Source: an uncultured bacterium (GTDB taxonomy: Bacteria > Hinthialibacterota > Hinthialibacteria > Hinthialibacterales > Hinthialibacteraceae). Taken from it: a DNA stretch of 64,000 bases. The position numbers and the translations under genes are program-made. Below are positions 47,774 to 57,714 of this stretch, piece after piece. How positions within the stretch are numbered: position 1 is the stretch's first letter; each line of letters opens with the position of its first letter. The DNA lies in the NCBI GenBank assembly GCA_964419335.1, contig CAYQOX010000004.1, forward strand, positions 31,310 through 95,309, given 5' to 3'. A model generated the notes under the pieces. The model worked only from the letters and a program-made list of their open reading frames with translations, was not told the DNA's origin and did no database searches.

Positions 47774-50008
47774 CTAAGGTAATCCCTTCAGCCAGCGCAT
47801 ATACCATTCCAAAATTAGGAAGAAAAACAAGATAACGGCAATCCACCATTTTTCACCCAGGAAACGGCTTTGCATTTCCTCACGCACCAAAGAGGAAACG
47901 GGTAAATTATCGGCAAGTTCATCCCATGCAGGGAAATTGGCATACTCACCGCCAGTCGATTGGGCAATGGAGCGTAGATCCCTTACATTCTGTGAAAGTT
48001 GATAAGATTCAAGAAGATTGGCCTCAACTTGAAACGTAGTCGTTGATTCATCAATACGGCTTTCAATGCGATACGTACCAGTCTGAGTCGGAGTAAAACG
48101 CTCGCGAAAACGGTTCGCTCCATGTTCTTCCGGTGAGAGCCACAAAGAATGAGAACGATCTGGTCCCTGAATAGTCACCGGCACTCCAGCAAGAGTGCTG
48201 TTAGAAACCTCGGGAGAAGCGACATAATTGACTTCGACGGTTTCATATTCTTCATAAAGATATTTGTTTGTAAACAGTTGAGCTTCATTCGTACGCAATC
48301 CCGGTTTGCATTGGTATAAAGTTTTCAGCCAGAAAGGCGTAACAATATCATTATCAACCATCATTCTCCAGCGCCAAAAAGTATTGGCGCGGGTGGTCAA
48401 TATACGCCCCAAGCCAAAGCGATGTTCGACCAAAAGAGGCAATTCCTCGTTCGTCGATGAGATCCCCGTAAGTAAAGTTCTCCCCGTGATACTCTGGCTT
48501 CCCGATTGAAAATAGGGGTTAAGAGGAGGTAAGTTTCCATCGCTATTTCTTCGAAAAACAGAAGAATATTCATTGTCTTCGGTAACCACCTGAACAGGTT
48601 GCATTGCAGGACGATAGGTTTGGCGGATCGGCGCAGGTAAAATGTCTTGCAATTGAGGTGAATAAGGATTTTCATTCATCGGGCCTGGCACCAGCAAGAC
48701 TCCCCCCCCGTTTTCAACATATTCGCGCAAGGACTGGGAAAATTCCACCCTTTCCATATCAAGATGGAAGTTATGAAGTACGACCACCGCCCACCGATCC
48801 AAGCGTAAGCCTATTTCTTGTAACGATTCAAAATCGGGTATTTCCTCGAATTCTTCTTCCGAAGAATCTTGTAAATGACGCTCGACCCAATTGCGATCTC
48901 CCAAGAGGGATAAGCCATTCTGATGCACAAGAAAGGGAGCAACCAAGAGATGATCCTGCTCCTCAAAAGCGCGCTTCATGAACTTAAACTCCCAATCCGG
49001 GGCTGAGGTGAGTAAAAGAATATCATCTTTGGCTTCCCGAACTTGAATACCTCGGCGTATACGGTTGTTATCAGTGAACAACTCTTCCTGAAGCGGTGGA
49101 ACCCGTACAGTAAAAATATATTGTCCCTCCGGAAGAGAAGGGAGATCGGTCTCGACAGTGGCTTCCTGAGTATCAGGATTGAAAGTAAAATCAACCTCAT
49201 CATAAAACACTTCTTCATCATCTTGGCTCTCACCCCGAATCTCCAATGGATAGGTCCCCGAAGGAGTCATTCCCCGCGCGATGACATGAGCCCGAAGGGG
49301 AATTGATTCATCAGAACGAGCTTGCTCGGGTAAAACCACATGATCCACAATCAAATCTGCCGTTTCCTGCGTAGAACCAAGGCCAAAAGTATAGATCCGC
49401 TGATTGGCAATTTGCCCTTCTTCTTGGGCGGCCGAAAGCACTCCATCGGCTGTGGCTACAGGATTATTTCCATAGTTCCAACGGCCATCTGTAAACAATA
49501 ATAAATACGATGCTGCCTGAGATTTATGCGAGTCTTCAAAAAAATCAATCACGGAAGAAAGATCGGTAAGATGAAATGCAGGAGTAGCATTCCGGGGAAT
49601 CTGTGAACTCCAAGTCGATGAATCCCCGCGAGCCTGAAAGGCATCCGAAAATACCATGAAGCGGGTATGAAACCCCTCAGATTCCCATTCATCCAACAAT
49701 CCATCGGATTGCAGGCGATCCAAAGTTTGCTGCCAACGCGATAAATCCTCGTTGGAGGATTGAGAAGGATCAATGGGAAAGGACATACTTTTGGAATCGT
49801 CAAGAGCGATATACAATGTGGGTGCGGTGGTCATCTGTAGCATTTCTCGTATTTGAGGATTGGTCATCAAAACCAATAGTAATCCCAGAAAAACGAGACG
49901 ACAAACCATCAAGCCGGTGCGCATACCAGAAGAAATCGGCGCATCCAAACACCGAAGCGAATAAAGATAGACTATAACACATAAGACAAGAATTGTGAGA
50001 AGGATCAA
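47774..50008 (-). CDS. BatA-like membrane protein with a vWA domain and C-terminal TM anchor
   Basis: It has two N-terminal TM helices. The vWA MIDAS motif is LYIALDDSKSMS. The C-terminal TM segment is WWIAVILFFFLILEWY. Confidence 0.55.
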   Translation of the reverse strand: MILLTILVLCVIVYLYSLRCLDAPISSGMRTGLMVCRLVFLGLLLVLMTNPQIREMLQMTTAPTLYIALDDSKSMSFPIDPSQSSNEDLSRWQQTLDRLQSDGLLDEWESEGFHTRFMVFSDAFQARGDSSTWSSQIPRNATPAFHLTDLSSVIDFFEDSHKSQAASYLLLFTDGRWNYGNNPVATADGVLSAAQEEGQIANQRIYTFGLGSTQETADLIVDHVVLPEQARSDESIPLRAHVIARGMTPSGTYPLEIRGESQDDEEVFYDEVDFTFNPDTQEATVETDLPSLPEGQYIFTVRVPPLQEELFTDNNRIRRGIQVREAKDDILLLTSAPDWEFKFMKRAFEEQDHLLVAPFLVHQNGLSLLGDRNWVERHLQDSSEEEFEEIPDFESLQEIGLRLDRWAVVVLHNFHLDMERVEFSQSLREYVENGGGVLLVPGPMNENPYSPQLQDILPAPIRQTYRPAMQPVQVVTEDNEYSSVFRRNSDGNLPPLNPYFQSGSQSITGRTLLTGISSTNEELPLLVEHRFGLGRILTTRANTFWRWRMMVDNDIVTPFWLKTLYQCKPGLRTNEAQLFTNKYLYEEYETVEVNYVASPEVSNSTLAGVPVTIQGPDRSHSLWLSPEEHGANRFRERFTPTQTGTYRIESRIDESTTTFQVEANLLESYQLSQNVRDLRSIAQSTGGEYANFPAWDELADNLPVSSLVREEMQSRFLGEKWWIAVILFFFLILEWYMRWLKGLP

Positions 50009-50150
50009 TCGAGACTATCCTTTCTATTCAATCAATTTCAGAATGGGATATCTTTTATTTTACTTGTTCTATAAGTCGCACCATATCCAATCGTAATCTC
50101 TCGTGGCTGACAAGGGGAAAGAAAGCCGGTAAATTCTTTCTTCTTTAAGA

Positions 50151-50819
50151 ATGAATTTATCAATAAATTATAAAATTATACGTTATTTTTTTAGAGAAGG
50201 CATGATGAAGAATTCGAACGAGATCCACGAACATGGGCAATGGTTCATTCGATATCGCGATAAGGGCGATATCCGGGCTTTCGAACATCTAATGGATGTG
50301 TATCATAAGCCTTTATTTAACTATTTATTACGAATTCTACATAATAAAGAAACGGCGGAAGACGCGTTACAAGAAGTATGGATCAAAATAATTCGGCAAA
50401 AGGAACAATACAAAGATCAAGGGAAATTTTCCTCGTGGGCCTATCGAATCGCGCATAACTACTGTTTGGATTATTTTCGTAAACAAAATTGTCGCGCCGA
50501 TTCGAAAGAGGATGCGGAAGATGAGAAAGGAAATGCTTATTTAGATCGAATTTCCGGCGATAGCCCGTCTCCCTATGACCACATCGAGGAAAAGGAACTG
50601 ATCCAATTGGTGGAAAGGACACTAAAGCAACTCCCTATGGCGATTCGAGAAGTGTATCTCCTGAGAACGTATCATCAGATGCCTTTTAAAGAAATCGCCG
50701 AAATTCAAGACGCACCCTTGGGAACCGTGCTTTCACGAATGAATCAGGCGATTAAACGAATTCAGCCAGAAATCGAAAATTATTTACAACAAAGCGAAAC
50801 ATCGGTAAAAATGGCCTGA
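50151..50819 (+). CDS. ECF-type RNA polymerase sigma factor
   Basis: It has sigma70 region 2 (FEHLMDVYHKPLFNYLLRIL...AEDALQEVWIKI) and region 4 (EVYLLRTYHQMPFKEIAEIQDAPLGTVLSRMNQA). The likely true start is the Met at about 50202. Confidence 0.8.
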   Translation: MNLSINYKIIRYFFREGMMKNSNEIHEHGQWFIRYRDKGDIRAFEHLMDVYHKPLFNYLLRILHNKETAEDALQEVWIKIIRQKEQYKDQGKFSSWAYRIAHNYCLDYFRKQNCRADSKEDAEDEKGNAYLDRISGDSPSPYDHIEEKELIQLVERTLKQLPMAIREVYLLRTYHQMPFKEIAEIQDAPLGTVLSRMNQAIKRIQPEIENYLQQSETSVKMA

Positions 50820-50837
50820 AGACGAGGTAATAGAACC

Positions 50838-51344
50838 ATGAAGATTAAACCTTTATTCCAAGATAGCAATTTGGAGGAACCCCTCGCTCCAGAACAAATG
50901 CTGGAGATGATGGATATTGCCGATGAAAACCCAAAAAAACGTGCGTTTTTGAATCAGTGTGCCATTGATCCAAGCCAAAAAAAGGATTGGGAGGATTTGA
51001 ATACCTGTGCCGAATTAGGGAAACATCTTCCCAGCCATAATCCTGAACCAAGCCTGCGCGCACGAATTCTTGAAAACGCATACGCGGAGAGAGACTTTTC
51101 ACCTGCGGCCACAAAGAGCCATTTCTACTCTTATAAACGCAGCCTTAGCGGATGGCGCTGGGCCTGGGCAGCTCTGTTTTTGATTATGAGCTGGGGAACC
51201 TACGGTCATTTTCAGCAACAAGAAATTTCTACAACCGAAATTCAACAATTGGAAAACGAGATCTCCTCTATTTACGAAGAATTAGAGTGGTTACGAGAAG
51301 ACCTTGTTTTAGAAATCGATAATGAAAATGAAGAAACGGCATAA
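50838..51344 (+). CDS. Putative anti-sigma factor (single TM segment)
   Basis: It is the second gene of the ECF operon, 19 nt downstream. It has a central TM segment (WAWAALFLIMSWGTY). There is no recognisable zinc-finger motif. Confidence 0.45.
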   Translation: MKIKPLFQDSNLEEPLAPEQMLEMMDIADENPKKRAFLNQCAIDPSQKKDWEDLNTCAELGKHLPSHNPEPSLRARILENAYAERDFSPAATKSHFYSYKRSLSGWRWAWAALFLIMSWGTYGHFQQQEISTTEIQQLENEISSIYEELEWLREDLVLEIDNENEETA

Positions 51345-51349
51345 GTATC

Positions 51350-52027
51350 ATGACAAATTTACGAAAAAGATACATTCTACTCACACTGTTCATAATTGCT
51401 TTGGCTTTCCCCTTGGCTTGGGGTGTCACTTTCATAAGTGATGAAGAAAAAGAGGACACCTCGATCAGCGAGCAAAAGAAGGACGAAAAGCGCAAAGAAG
51501 AGGCCAATCAAGAGCCGAAGGATCGCCAAGGGCCTCCCCGCCGCGGACAGATGAATCGTGATCGTCCTGCTCCACCTTTTGCTCCAGGCCATGGGATGGG
51601 AATGGGACGACGTGGTCCTCAAGGACCTTTACATGCGCCTGAACGTATCAATCGATTAAGAAAAGAGTTTCCAGAACTGGCTGAAATCATTGAACAAATT
51701 CATCGAGTGAAAGCGAAACTCTTTGAGGCCTCAATCCATTATCATCACTGTGATTCTGAAGAAGAAAAAGCCAAGGAGAAAAAAAAGATCCAAGATTTGC
51801 TAGAAAAAGAATATGAATTGGAAATCCAAAGACAACAAGCCGAAATTGAGTATCTTGAACGGCAAATTGAACGAGTCAAAGAATTGATGAAACGCTTTCG
51901 TAAAGCCAAAGAGAAAATATTGGAATTGCGATTTAAACAACATACAGAGAATATGCCGATTCCTGAAGAGGAAGATTCCTCTACAGAAAAAGAGGAGAGA
52001 GAAGAAGAAAAAGAAGATGAATCTTAA
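51350..52027 (+). CDS. Signal-anchored, highly charged Lys/Glu-rich coiled-coil protein (possible Spy/CpxP-like periplasmic partner of the ECF pair)
   Basis: It has an N-terminal hydrophobic segment (YILLTLFIIALAFPLAWGV) followed by KE-rich heptad-like sequence. It is the third gene of the ECF operon. Confidence 0.4.
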   Translation: MTNLRKRYILLTLFIIALAFPLAWGVTFISDEEKEDTSISEQKKDEKRKEEANQEPKDRQGPPRRGQMNRDRPAPPFAPGHGMGMGRRGPQGPLHAPERINRLRKEFPELAEIIEQIHRVKAKLFEASIHYHHCDSEEEKAKEKKKIQDLLEKEYELEIQRQQAEIEYLERQIERVKELMKRFRKAKEKILELRFKQHTENMPIPEEEDSSTEKEEREEEKEDES

Positions 52028-52092
52028 AGAAAAGGGGCGGTTCTCACCGTCCCTTTTCTTATCTATAAGCCTATTCCTTTCAGTTTTAACCA

Positions 52093-53154
52093 TCACCCCA
52101 GTGGCTGTTTCCAAATCAATTGTTGTTCCACCCGATCGTGCAGTTTGTATTTTTTGATATGGTCGGCAATCTTTTCTCCCCGCACTTCGATTTTATCCAA
52201 ATCCGCTTCTCCCATTTTGGCTTTGTGACAGTAATTCAAATACCCCACATCCTCGAAATCAATCCCCATGAGTTCTAAAGCCACCCGGTCAGCCGCCAGC
52301 CAATCAGGAGAGACCACAGCCACTTTGTGATCCACGGGAGTGCCACCGACTGGGCCATTCCCCTCCATTCCTTCGTAACCATCGATAACCGCCAAATCAG
52401 GATGAAGTTTAGAGCCAAGAGCAAAAAGGTTATAATTCACGCCACGAAAACCGCCGCCATGGGCGATCGGTTTATCGTTCACCGCGCCTTCTTTTCGGCC
52501 GCTTCCCCAACGAAATCCCTCATCTTTGATGGGCGCTCCAAAGACGATATTCTTGAGTGATAAGGTCGTCACAACACGATCATGGGTTTTCATCACGGCC
52601 GCTGAAATAACATAGTTGTCGGGATTGAGGAGCATTGAAGACATACGCACCGCATGCGGTTTAAAATCCCTATCACTCACGACATGGACAATATCAATCG
52701 GTTTTTTGTCTAAATCAATCAATTGAATAGGGTACTTATCCGCCAACTTGAAATAGTTGTAATTGTTGAAACCATCAAAAGTAGGTCCACTAGCCGCTGA
52801 TTCTGCTATTACACAGTTTTCAATCTTGCCGATCGATTTCATGAATTCAAGGATGGCTTCAAGACTGTCCACATGAGTCGCAGAAAGTTGGCGATCGATC
52901 GAGACATTGTTCGGTTTAATGATCACACGACGATCACCGATGTCTTTCTTGATACGCTTCTCGAAGGATTTTAATCCCTTGAATATGTTTTCCGCACGAT
53001 CGTCTCCTGCCGTGAGAGTCACTTGACTTGTTTTATCACTCTTTTCTGCCTCGGCATGAGAAAGAATTGGATTTCGAATCAAGGTAGGGCCTGCTAGCCC
53101 TCCTAAAATAGAAGTTTTAAGAAAATGCCTTCTTGTGCTCGCCATGAGACCCAT
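52093..53154 (-). CDS. Tat-exported DUF362-like protein
   Basis: It has a Tat leader (TRRHFLKTSILGGLAGPT) and a DUF362-like core (RVIIKPNNV). Confidence 0.4.
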   Translation of the reverse strand: MGLMASTRRHFLKTSILGGLAGPTLIRNPILSHAEAEKSDKTSQVTLTAGDDRAENIFKGLKSFEKRIKKDIGDRRVIIKPNNVSIDRQLSATHVDSLEAILEFMKSIGKIENCVIAESAASGPTFDGFNNYNYFKLADKYPIQLIDLDKKPIDIVHVVSDRDFKPHAVRMSSMLLNPDNYVISAAVMKTHDRVVTTLSLKNIVFGAPIKDEGFRWGSGRKEGAVNDKPIAHGGGFRGVNYNLFALGSKLHPDLAVIDGYEGMEGNGPVGGTPVDHKVAVVSPDWLAADRVALELMGIDFEDVGYLNYCHKAKMGEADLDKIEVRGEKIADHIKKYKLHDRVEQQLIWKQPLG

Positions 53155-53359
53155 ATCCTCCTGCTTGGATTTTATAATTCGAAAAAACAGACTTTACCCA
53201 GAATAATCCTATCATAATTTCCTTGCCTTGAAGAGAAAACAAGAAGAAAACCCACTCATTATTACAAATTATTTTTTTGTAATACCAATTCAGTTTTATA
53301 TAAATCCTCTATCGCTTTAGACGGTAAAATCGATTAAGATATCACTCGAAAACGAATTC

Positions 53360-54601
53360 TTGATGAAAGGCTACATCATGAAAAAACAAAGAGTACTCAT
53401 TACGCTATCCTTCTTTATATTTTTCCTTCCGGCTTGGGGATTAGAAATCCAAACGAATGAAAATCCCATTTATGAGCAAGCCCCAAAAACCATAAAAGAA
53501 ACCGACAATGCGATCCTGCAAAAAGTAGGAGAAGGCGACGACACCATTCAGATTCTTCATGTATGGGGAAGCCCGCGTGAGATGGGAAAAGCGGCAGGTA
53601 CGCTCTTGAAAGACGAGATTCATGATTTTGTTGGTTTGGTGATGCAGCGAATGATGAGTGAAATCGAGGGTGGAGAAGAACTCTTGGACAAGGTTTACCA
53701 GCACGCCAAGCCTTATATCCCCGAGGAAATTGAAGAAGAACTTCATGGCATGGCCGAAGGAAGCGGGATCGATTTTCAAACCTTGATGCGTGTTAATTTG
53801 ATTGGTGACGCCTCCGAATGGCATTGTTCCCTTTTCGGCGCTTGGGGGAAAGCGACTCAGTCTACAAATTCGCTTTTGCAATTGCGGGCGTTGGATTACG
53901 AGGTCCACGCCGGAATCCAGCGTTATCCTTTAATTACCATATATCATCCTGACCGTAGACACGCCTTTGCCAATATCGGCTGGATTGGAATGATAGGTGT
54001 GGTAAGTGGTATGTCCTCGGCACAAATAGCGGTCAGCGAAATCGGTGATGATTATGATAAGGAAAATGACTCGTTCGAAGCGATTCCCTTTGTTTTTCTT
54101 CTGCGCCAGGTTCTCCAATATGACAACTCCTTGGAACAAGCTATCGACCGTATTTGCGGTGCGACGAGAAATACCTCGCTGCTCTATGCGGTAGGAGATG
54201 GAAAGAAAGGCGAAGCGCGCTCGTTACAAACCTCACGCACCTTATGTAATGTGTTTGATCCGAGCAATCTAGAACCGATGACTCCTGCCCATCCCCGGAT
54301 TGATGATATCGTTTATTGGGGCATGAGCTGGGATGTACCCGCCTTTGATAAACCACTGCATGATATGTTATTGAAGCATTATGGGAGTTTAACCGGCGAA
54401 GTGACCATTCGTGAAATTCTCCCGACCGTAGGCACAGGCAACTTACAAGTATGTATCTATGATTTAACGAATATGATCTTATGGACCGCAAATGCTAGAG
54501 CCCAAAAAGAAGAAGGTCCCCTGAACGCTTATCAACGTGCATTTGTAAGGCTCGACATGGATGAATTGTTTTCTCAAGAAAAACCCAAAGCCTCAAAGTA
54601 A
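53360..54601 (+). CDS. Secreted Ntn-hydrolase-like protein, possibly peptidase C45 / acyl-CoA:6-APA acyltransferase family
   Basis: It has a signal peptide. The HCSLFGAWGKATQSTNSLLQLRALDY block resembles the C45 nucleophile-Cys region (CS.F.A.G.AT...LL.R.LDY). Confidence 0.4.
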   Translation: MMKGYIMKKQRVLITLSFFIFFLPAWGLEIQTNENPIYEQAPKTIKETDNAILQKVGEGDDTIQILHVWGSPREMGKAAGTLLKDEIHDFVGLVMQRMMSEIEGGEELLDKVYQHAKPYIPEEIEEELHGMAEGSGIDFQTLMRVNLIGDASEWHCSLFGAWGKATQSTNSLLQLRALDYEVHAGIQRYPLITIYHPDRRHAFANIGWIGMIGVVSGMSSAQIAVSEIGDDYDKENDSFEAIPFVFLLRQVLQYDNSLEQAIDRICGATRNTSLLYAVGDGKKGEARSLQTSRTLCNVFDPSNLEPMTPAHPRIDDIVYWGMSWDVPAFDKPLHDMLLKHYGSLTGEVTIREILPTVGTGNLQVCIYDLTNMILWTANARAQKEEGPLNAYQRAFVRLDMDELFSQEKPKASK

Positions 54602-54602
54602 A

Positions 54603-55637
54603 TCAAGGATGAGAGTTTTCCCGGCTGGCTTCCATGAAGGCCTTGATATTCTCGATAGGGGTTTCTTGCGGTAAGTCACATCCTGTACTGAGGATAAAAT
54701 TAGGATAAGGACGCATTGCCTTTAGTAATTCCTTGACTTCGTGCTTCACTTCATGCGGTTCGCCCCGTAGCAAGGTTTGAGTGGGGTTGATATTTCCAAT
54801 CAAAGCCACAGAGACGGGAATCGATTCTGCTACTTTTTTCATGTCTACGCCGACCTCGCTGGAATCAAGGCTGATTCCATGCACATTGGATTCGACCATG
54901 AGTTTGACGAGGTGCATGGTATTACCACACGTATGATAAATGCTGCCAACCCCGCGTTCAGTATTACGTTCAACAATGCGGCGAATGTAGTGGGAGGAAA
55001 ACTGGTTGAACTGCTGAGGACCAAGCATGACAGCCGTAGGTTCAAGCACACAGATTATATCCACGCCTGCGGAGACCAAGAGGTCATTGTATTGCATGAT
55101 GACTTTTGTGGTGAACTCACACAGGTGCGCAAGATCATCGGGATGAAGGATAGTCGCCATAGCGGCATCATCCGCCCCCATAATCAGTGCAGCCAGCGTG
55201 TAAGGGCCAGTGATGTAGGCTCCTTTTAGAATCATCCGCGGTAATTCACGTACCATCAACTTGGCGGTTTCAACATAACCCAACACCCGCGCATCAGCCG
55301 CGATGTTGATCCGCTTCATACGCTCGATTTCACCAAAATCAAATAGATCCTTGGGCACCGTAGCCGTATCGCGACGAGGAAAGACGGTATAACGTCCCAA
55401 AGCGTTGGCTTCAATGGATAAATCCATTAATGGAAAAACCAAATCAGGATGAAAAGTTTCGACATTGGTTTTGATGACTCGAAAGTGTTCGAGGTAGTTT
55501 TGTTGAGCCAATTTAATTTCTGTATCAGCAATATTGACTCCAGGAAATCCGAGTAATGGGGCAACCAATCGTTCATGACGTTCGTACTTAACATAGGCGC
55601 GATCCGCTAAAGTCCATTGTCTCATGTTGTCTCCCAT
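54603..55637 (-). CDS. MtaA/CmuA-like methyltransferase (uroporphyrinogen decarboxylase fold)
   Basis: It is 344 aa with a URO-D family pattern. Its stop is 1 nt from the stop of the convergent gene. Confidence 0.6.
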   Translation of the reverse strand: MGDNMRQWTLADRAYVKYERHERLVAPLLGFPGVNIADTEIKLAQQNYLEHFRVIKTNVETFHPDLVFPLMDLSIEANALGRYTVFPRRDTATVPKDLFDFGEIERMKRINIAADARVLGYVETAKLMVRELPRMILKGAYITGPYTLAALIMGADDAAMATILHPDDLAHLCEFTTKVIMQYNDLLVSAGVDIICVLEPTAVMLGPQQFNQFSSHYIRRIVERNTERGVGSIYHTCGNTMHLVKLMVESNVHGISLDSSEVGVDMKKVAESIPVSVALIGNINPTQTLLRGEPHEVKHEVKELLKAMRPYPNFILSTGCDLPQETPIENIKAFMEASRENSHP

Positions 55638-55792
55638 TAACGATTCAAATTGGCTTTAAGCCAATTTCTAAACCTTTCACCCATACTAGAATTAGGAGGT
55701 CAAAAGGCCCCATTTTCCCATTCAGAAGTCTTAAAATCTTATCGCATTATCATCCCATGAAGCCATTTTGTCGTCAAGCAGATACACCGCAG

Positions 55793-56536
55793 TTATCTTT
55801 TTACCCATTTATAATAATAGGTACGCAATATGAAAATCAAATTACCAAGGAGATAACGCTTCCATAAACGGCGGGGTTCTTTGCATAACCGATGGAACCA
55901 TTCCACTCCCATGCGGCGCATCCACAGAGGTGCGCGTGGAATTTGCTTGGAATAAAAACGAAATAAACCGCCAACCCCTACGCATACCTTCGCCCCCGTC
56001 ACAGAAGCGTGCTCCTCGATCCATTTTTCCTGCTTGGGAACTCCCAACGCGACGAAGAGTATATCCGGATGCGAGTTCCGGATGAATTCTAGTACGTTCA
56101 TTTCTTCTTGCTCTTGATAGTAGCCATGTTGATATCCGGCGAAAATCATACCGGGATATACCGACAAACTGGCTTCTATCATTTTTTCAGCGACCCCTGG
56201 CTCCGCTCCCAACAAAAAGAAGCAGCACTTATGCTCTTGACTTAATTGACATAACCAAGGGTAAAGATCGGTCCCGTTGACATTATCAATCAACGGCGTT
56301 CCTAAAACCCGCGACGCCCATTGAATCCCGGCTCCATCACCGAATACCAGATCGGCGTTTTGTAAGATACGCAAATATTCTGTATCCCGCCTTGCGACAT
56401 TAACGCAATGAGCATTAACGAAAAAAACTTGGGTAGTGCCTTCCTTACGGGAACATTCTAGGATCATCTCAGCAGCTTCTTGCAGGGTGACATTACAAAT
56501 GGGGATATCGAATAAAGTAACGATCGGTTTCTTCAT
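55793..56536 (-). CDS. WecB/TagA/CpsF-family glycosyltransferase (GT26)
   Basis: It has FFVNAHCVNVARRD...VFGDGAGIQWAS, typical of GT26 enzymes. Confidence 0.7.
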   Translation of the reverse strand: MKKPIVTLFDIPICNVTLQEAAEMILECSRKEGTTQVFFVNAHCVNVARRDTEYLRILQNADLVFGDGAGIQWASRVLGTPLIDNVNGTDLYPWLCQLSQEHKCCFFLLGAEPGVAEKMIEASLSVYPGMIFAGYQHGYYQEQEEMNVLEFIRNSHPDILFVALGVPKQEKWIEEHASVTGAKVCVGVGGLFRFYSKQIPRAPLWMRRMGVEWFHRLCKEPRRLWKRYLLGNLIFILRTYYYKWVKR

Positions 56537-57714
56537 AGGCCGTGGGTGATCTTTCGGTAAAAGTCAGGAAGGATAACATGCGGCCGAAAACGAGCAACGC
56601 TTTCGACCGCATGCTCGGGTCGGTAAACTTGAAGCTGCGTGAGTATCGCTTTTAAAGCTTCCGCCAAGGCGTGGGGATTAGCTTCAACGATTTTTCCCGA
56701 ATACCCCTCACGCACAATCTCACGGATTTCTCCACTCGCGGTAGAAACAACTGGCAAGCCACAGGCATGAGCTTCCATGGCAAGGATTGGCATCCCCTCA
56801 TAACGGGACGTCATCAAAAGTGCTCGACTACCCGCCATCAAGTCGGCTAATTTCCATGGGCTTAAGGAGCCCAACCAATGAACAGCATATTCCATATTCA
56901 TCCTCTGGGCTTTTTCCAATATTGAGTGGCGCAAATTTCCATCTCCAGCAATTAACAGGTGGATATCCCTTTCTCGACGAAGTTCGTAGAGAGTATCCAA
57001 CGCCAGTTCTGGATTCTTTTGATATTCCAAACGCCCGGCGAATAATATATACTCATTCTCAGAATCTAAGCCGTATTGTTTCATGTTACGCTTCCAATCC
57101 ATCTCCTCCCCACGAGGGTAATGAAAGTATTCATCCTGAAACCAAGTAGGTAAAAAGTGAATATTCTCTGTTCTGGCGGGATATCTTGCCTGCAAACTCT
57201 CAACTCCCTTACGATTCACAACGAATATTTGATCCGCCCTATTGATCGCCAGGGCTTCGAAGTAGCGATAGACAAAAGGAAGGTAACGCCAACGGACTTC
57301 AGATTTAGAACTTACGATCTCATCGGGATTGCCATGGATACAGAGGATATTTCTAGCCGCAGGAATCGAGGTTAATGCCAGAGGCTCGATACGATGATAG
57401 ATCAAAATATCATCATGAAATACAAAATCATGTTCTCTTAGGCTCAATGGAAACCGAAGAAACAAGGGAAACCAGCGGCGCCGATTAGGTTCCACATCAG
57501 CAAGGGTAGGATAAAAATGGAGCGTTCGTTCCCGAAAAGTTAAAATATGCCATTGGCCTAGGCTGTGTTCTTTGGGGGTTTGGGACGTGCCGATCAAACA
57601 GTTTTCGTATTCTTCAGGAGCATAGCGCAACATCGAACGCACCGCTGATTCGATACCGCCAATTTTGTCTCCCCATGGATCAAAAGGATGTACGGTTACG
57701 AAACGCCGCCTCAT
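56533..57714 (-). CDS. Glycosyltransferase family 4
   Basis: It has the GT4 C-terminal motif EGMPILAMEAHACGLPVVSTASGEIREIV. Confidence 0.7.
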   Translation of the reverse strand: MRRRFVTVHPFDPWGDKIGGIESAVRSMLRYAPEEYENCLIGTSQTPKEHSLGQWHILTFRERTLHFYPTLADVEPNRRRWFPLFLRFPLSLREHDFVFHDDILIYHRIEPLALTSIPAARNILCIHGNPDEIVSSKSEVRWRYLPFVYRYFEALAINRADQIFVVNRKGVESLQARYPARTENIHFLPTWFQDEYFHYPRGEEMDWKRNMKQYGLDSENEYILFAGRLEYQKNPELALDTLYELRRERDIHLLIAGDGNLRHSILEKAQRMNMEYAVHWLGSLSPWKLADLMAGSRALLMTSRYEGMPILAMEAHACGLPVVSTASGEIREIVREGYSGKIVEANPHALAEALKAILTQLQVYRPEHAVESVARFRPHVILPDFYRKITHGL

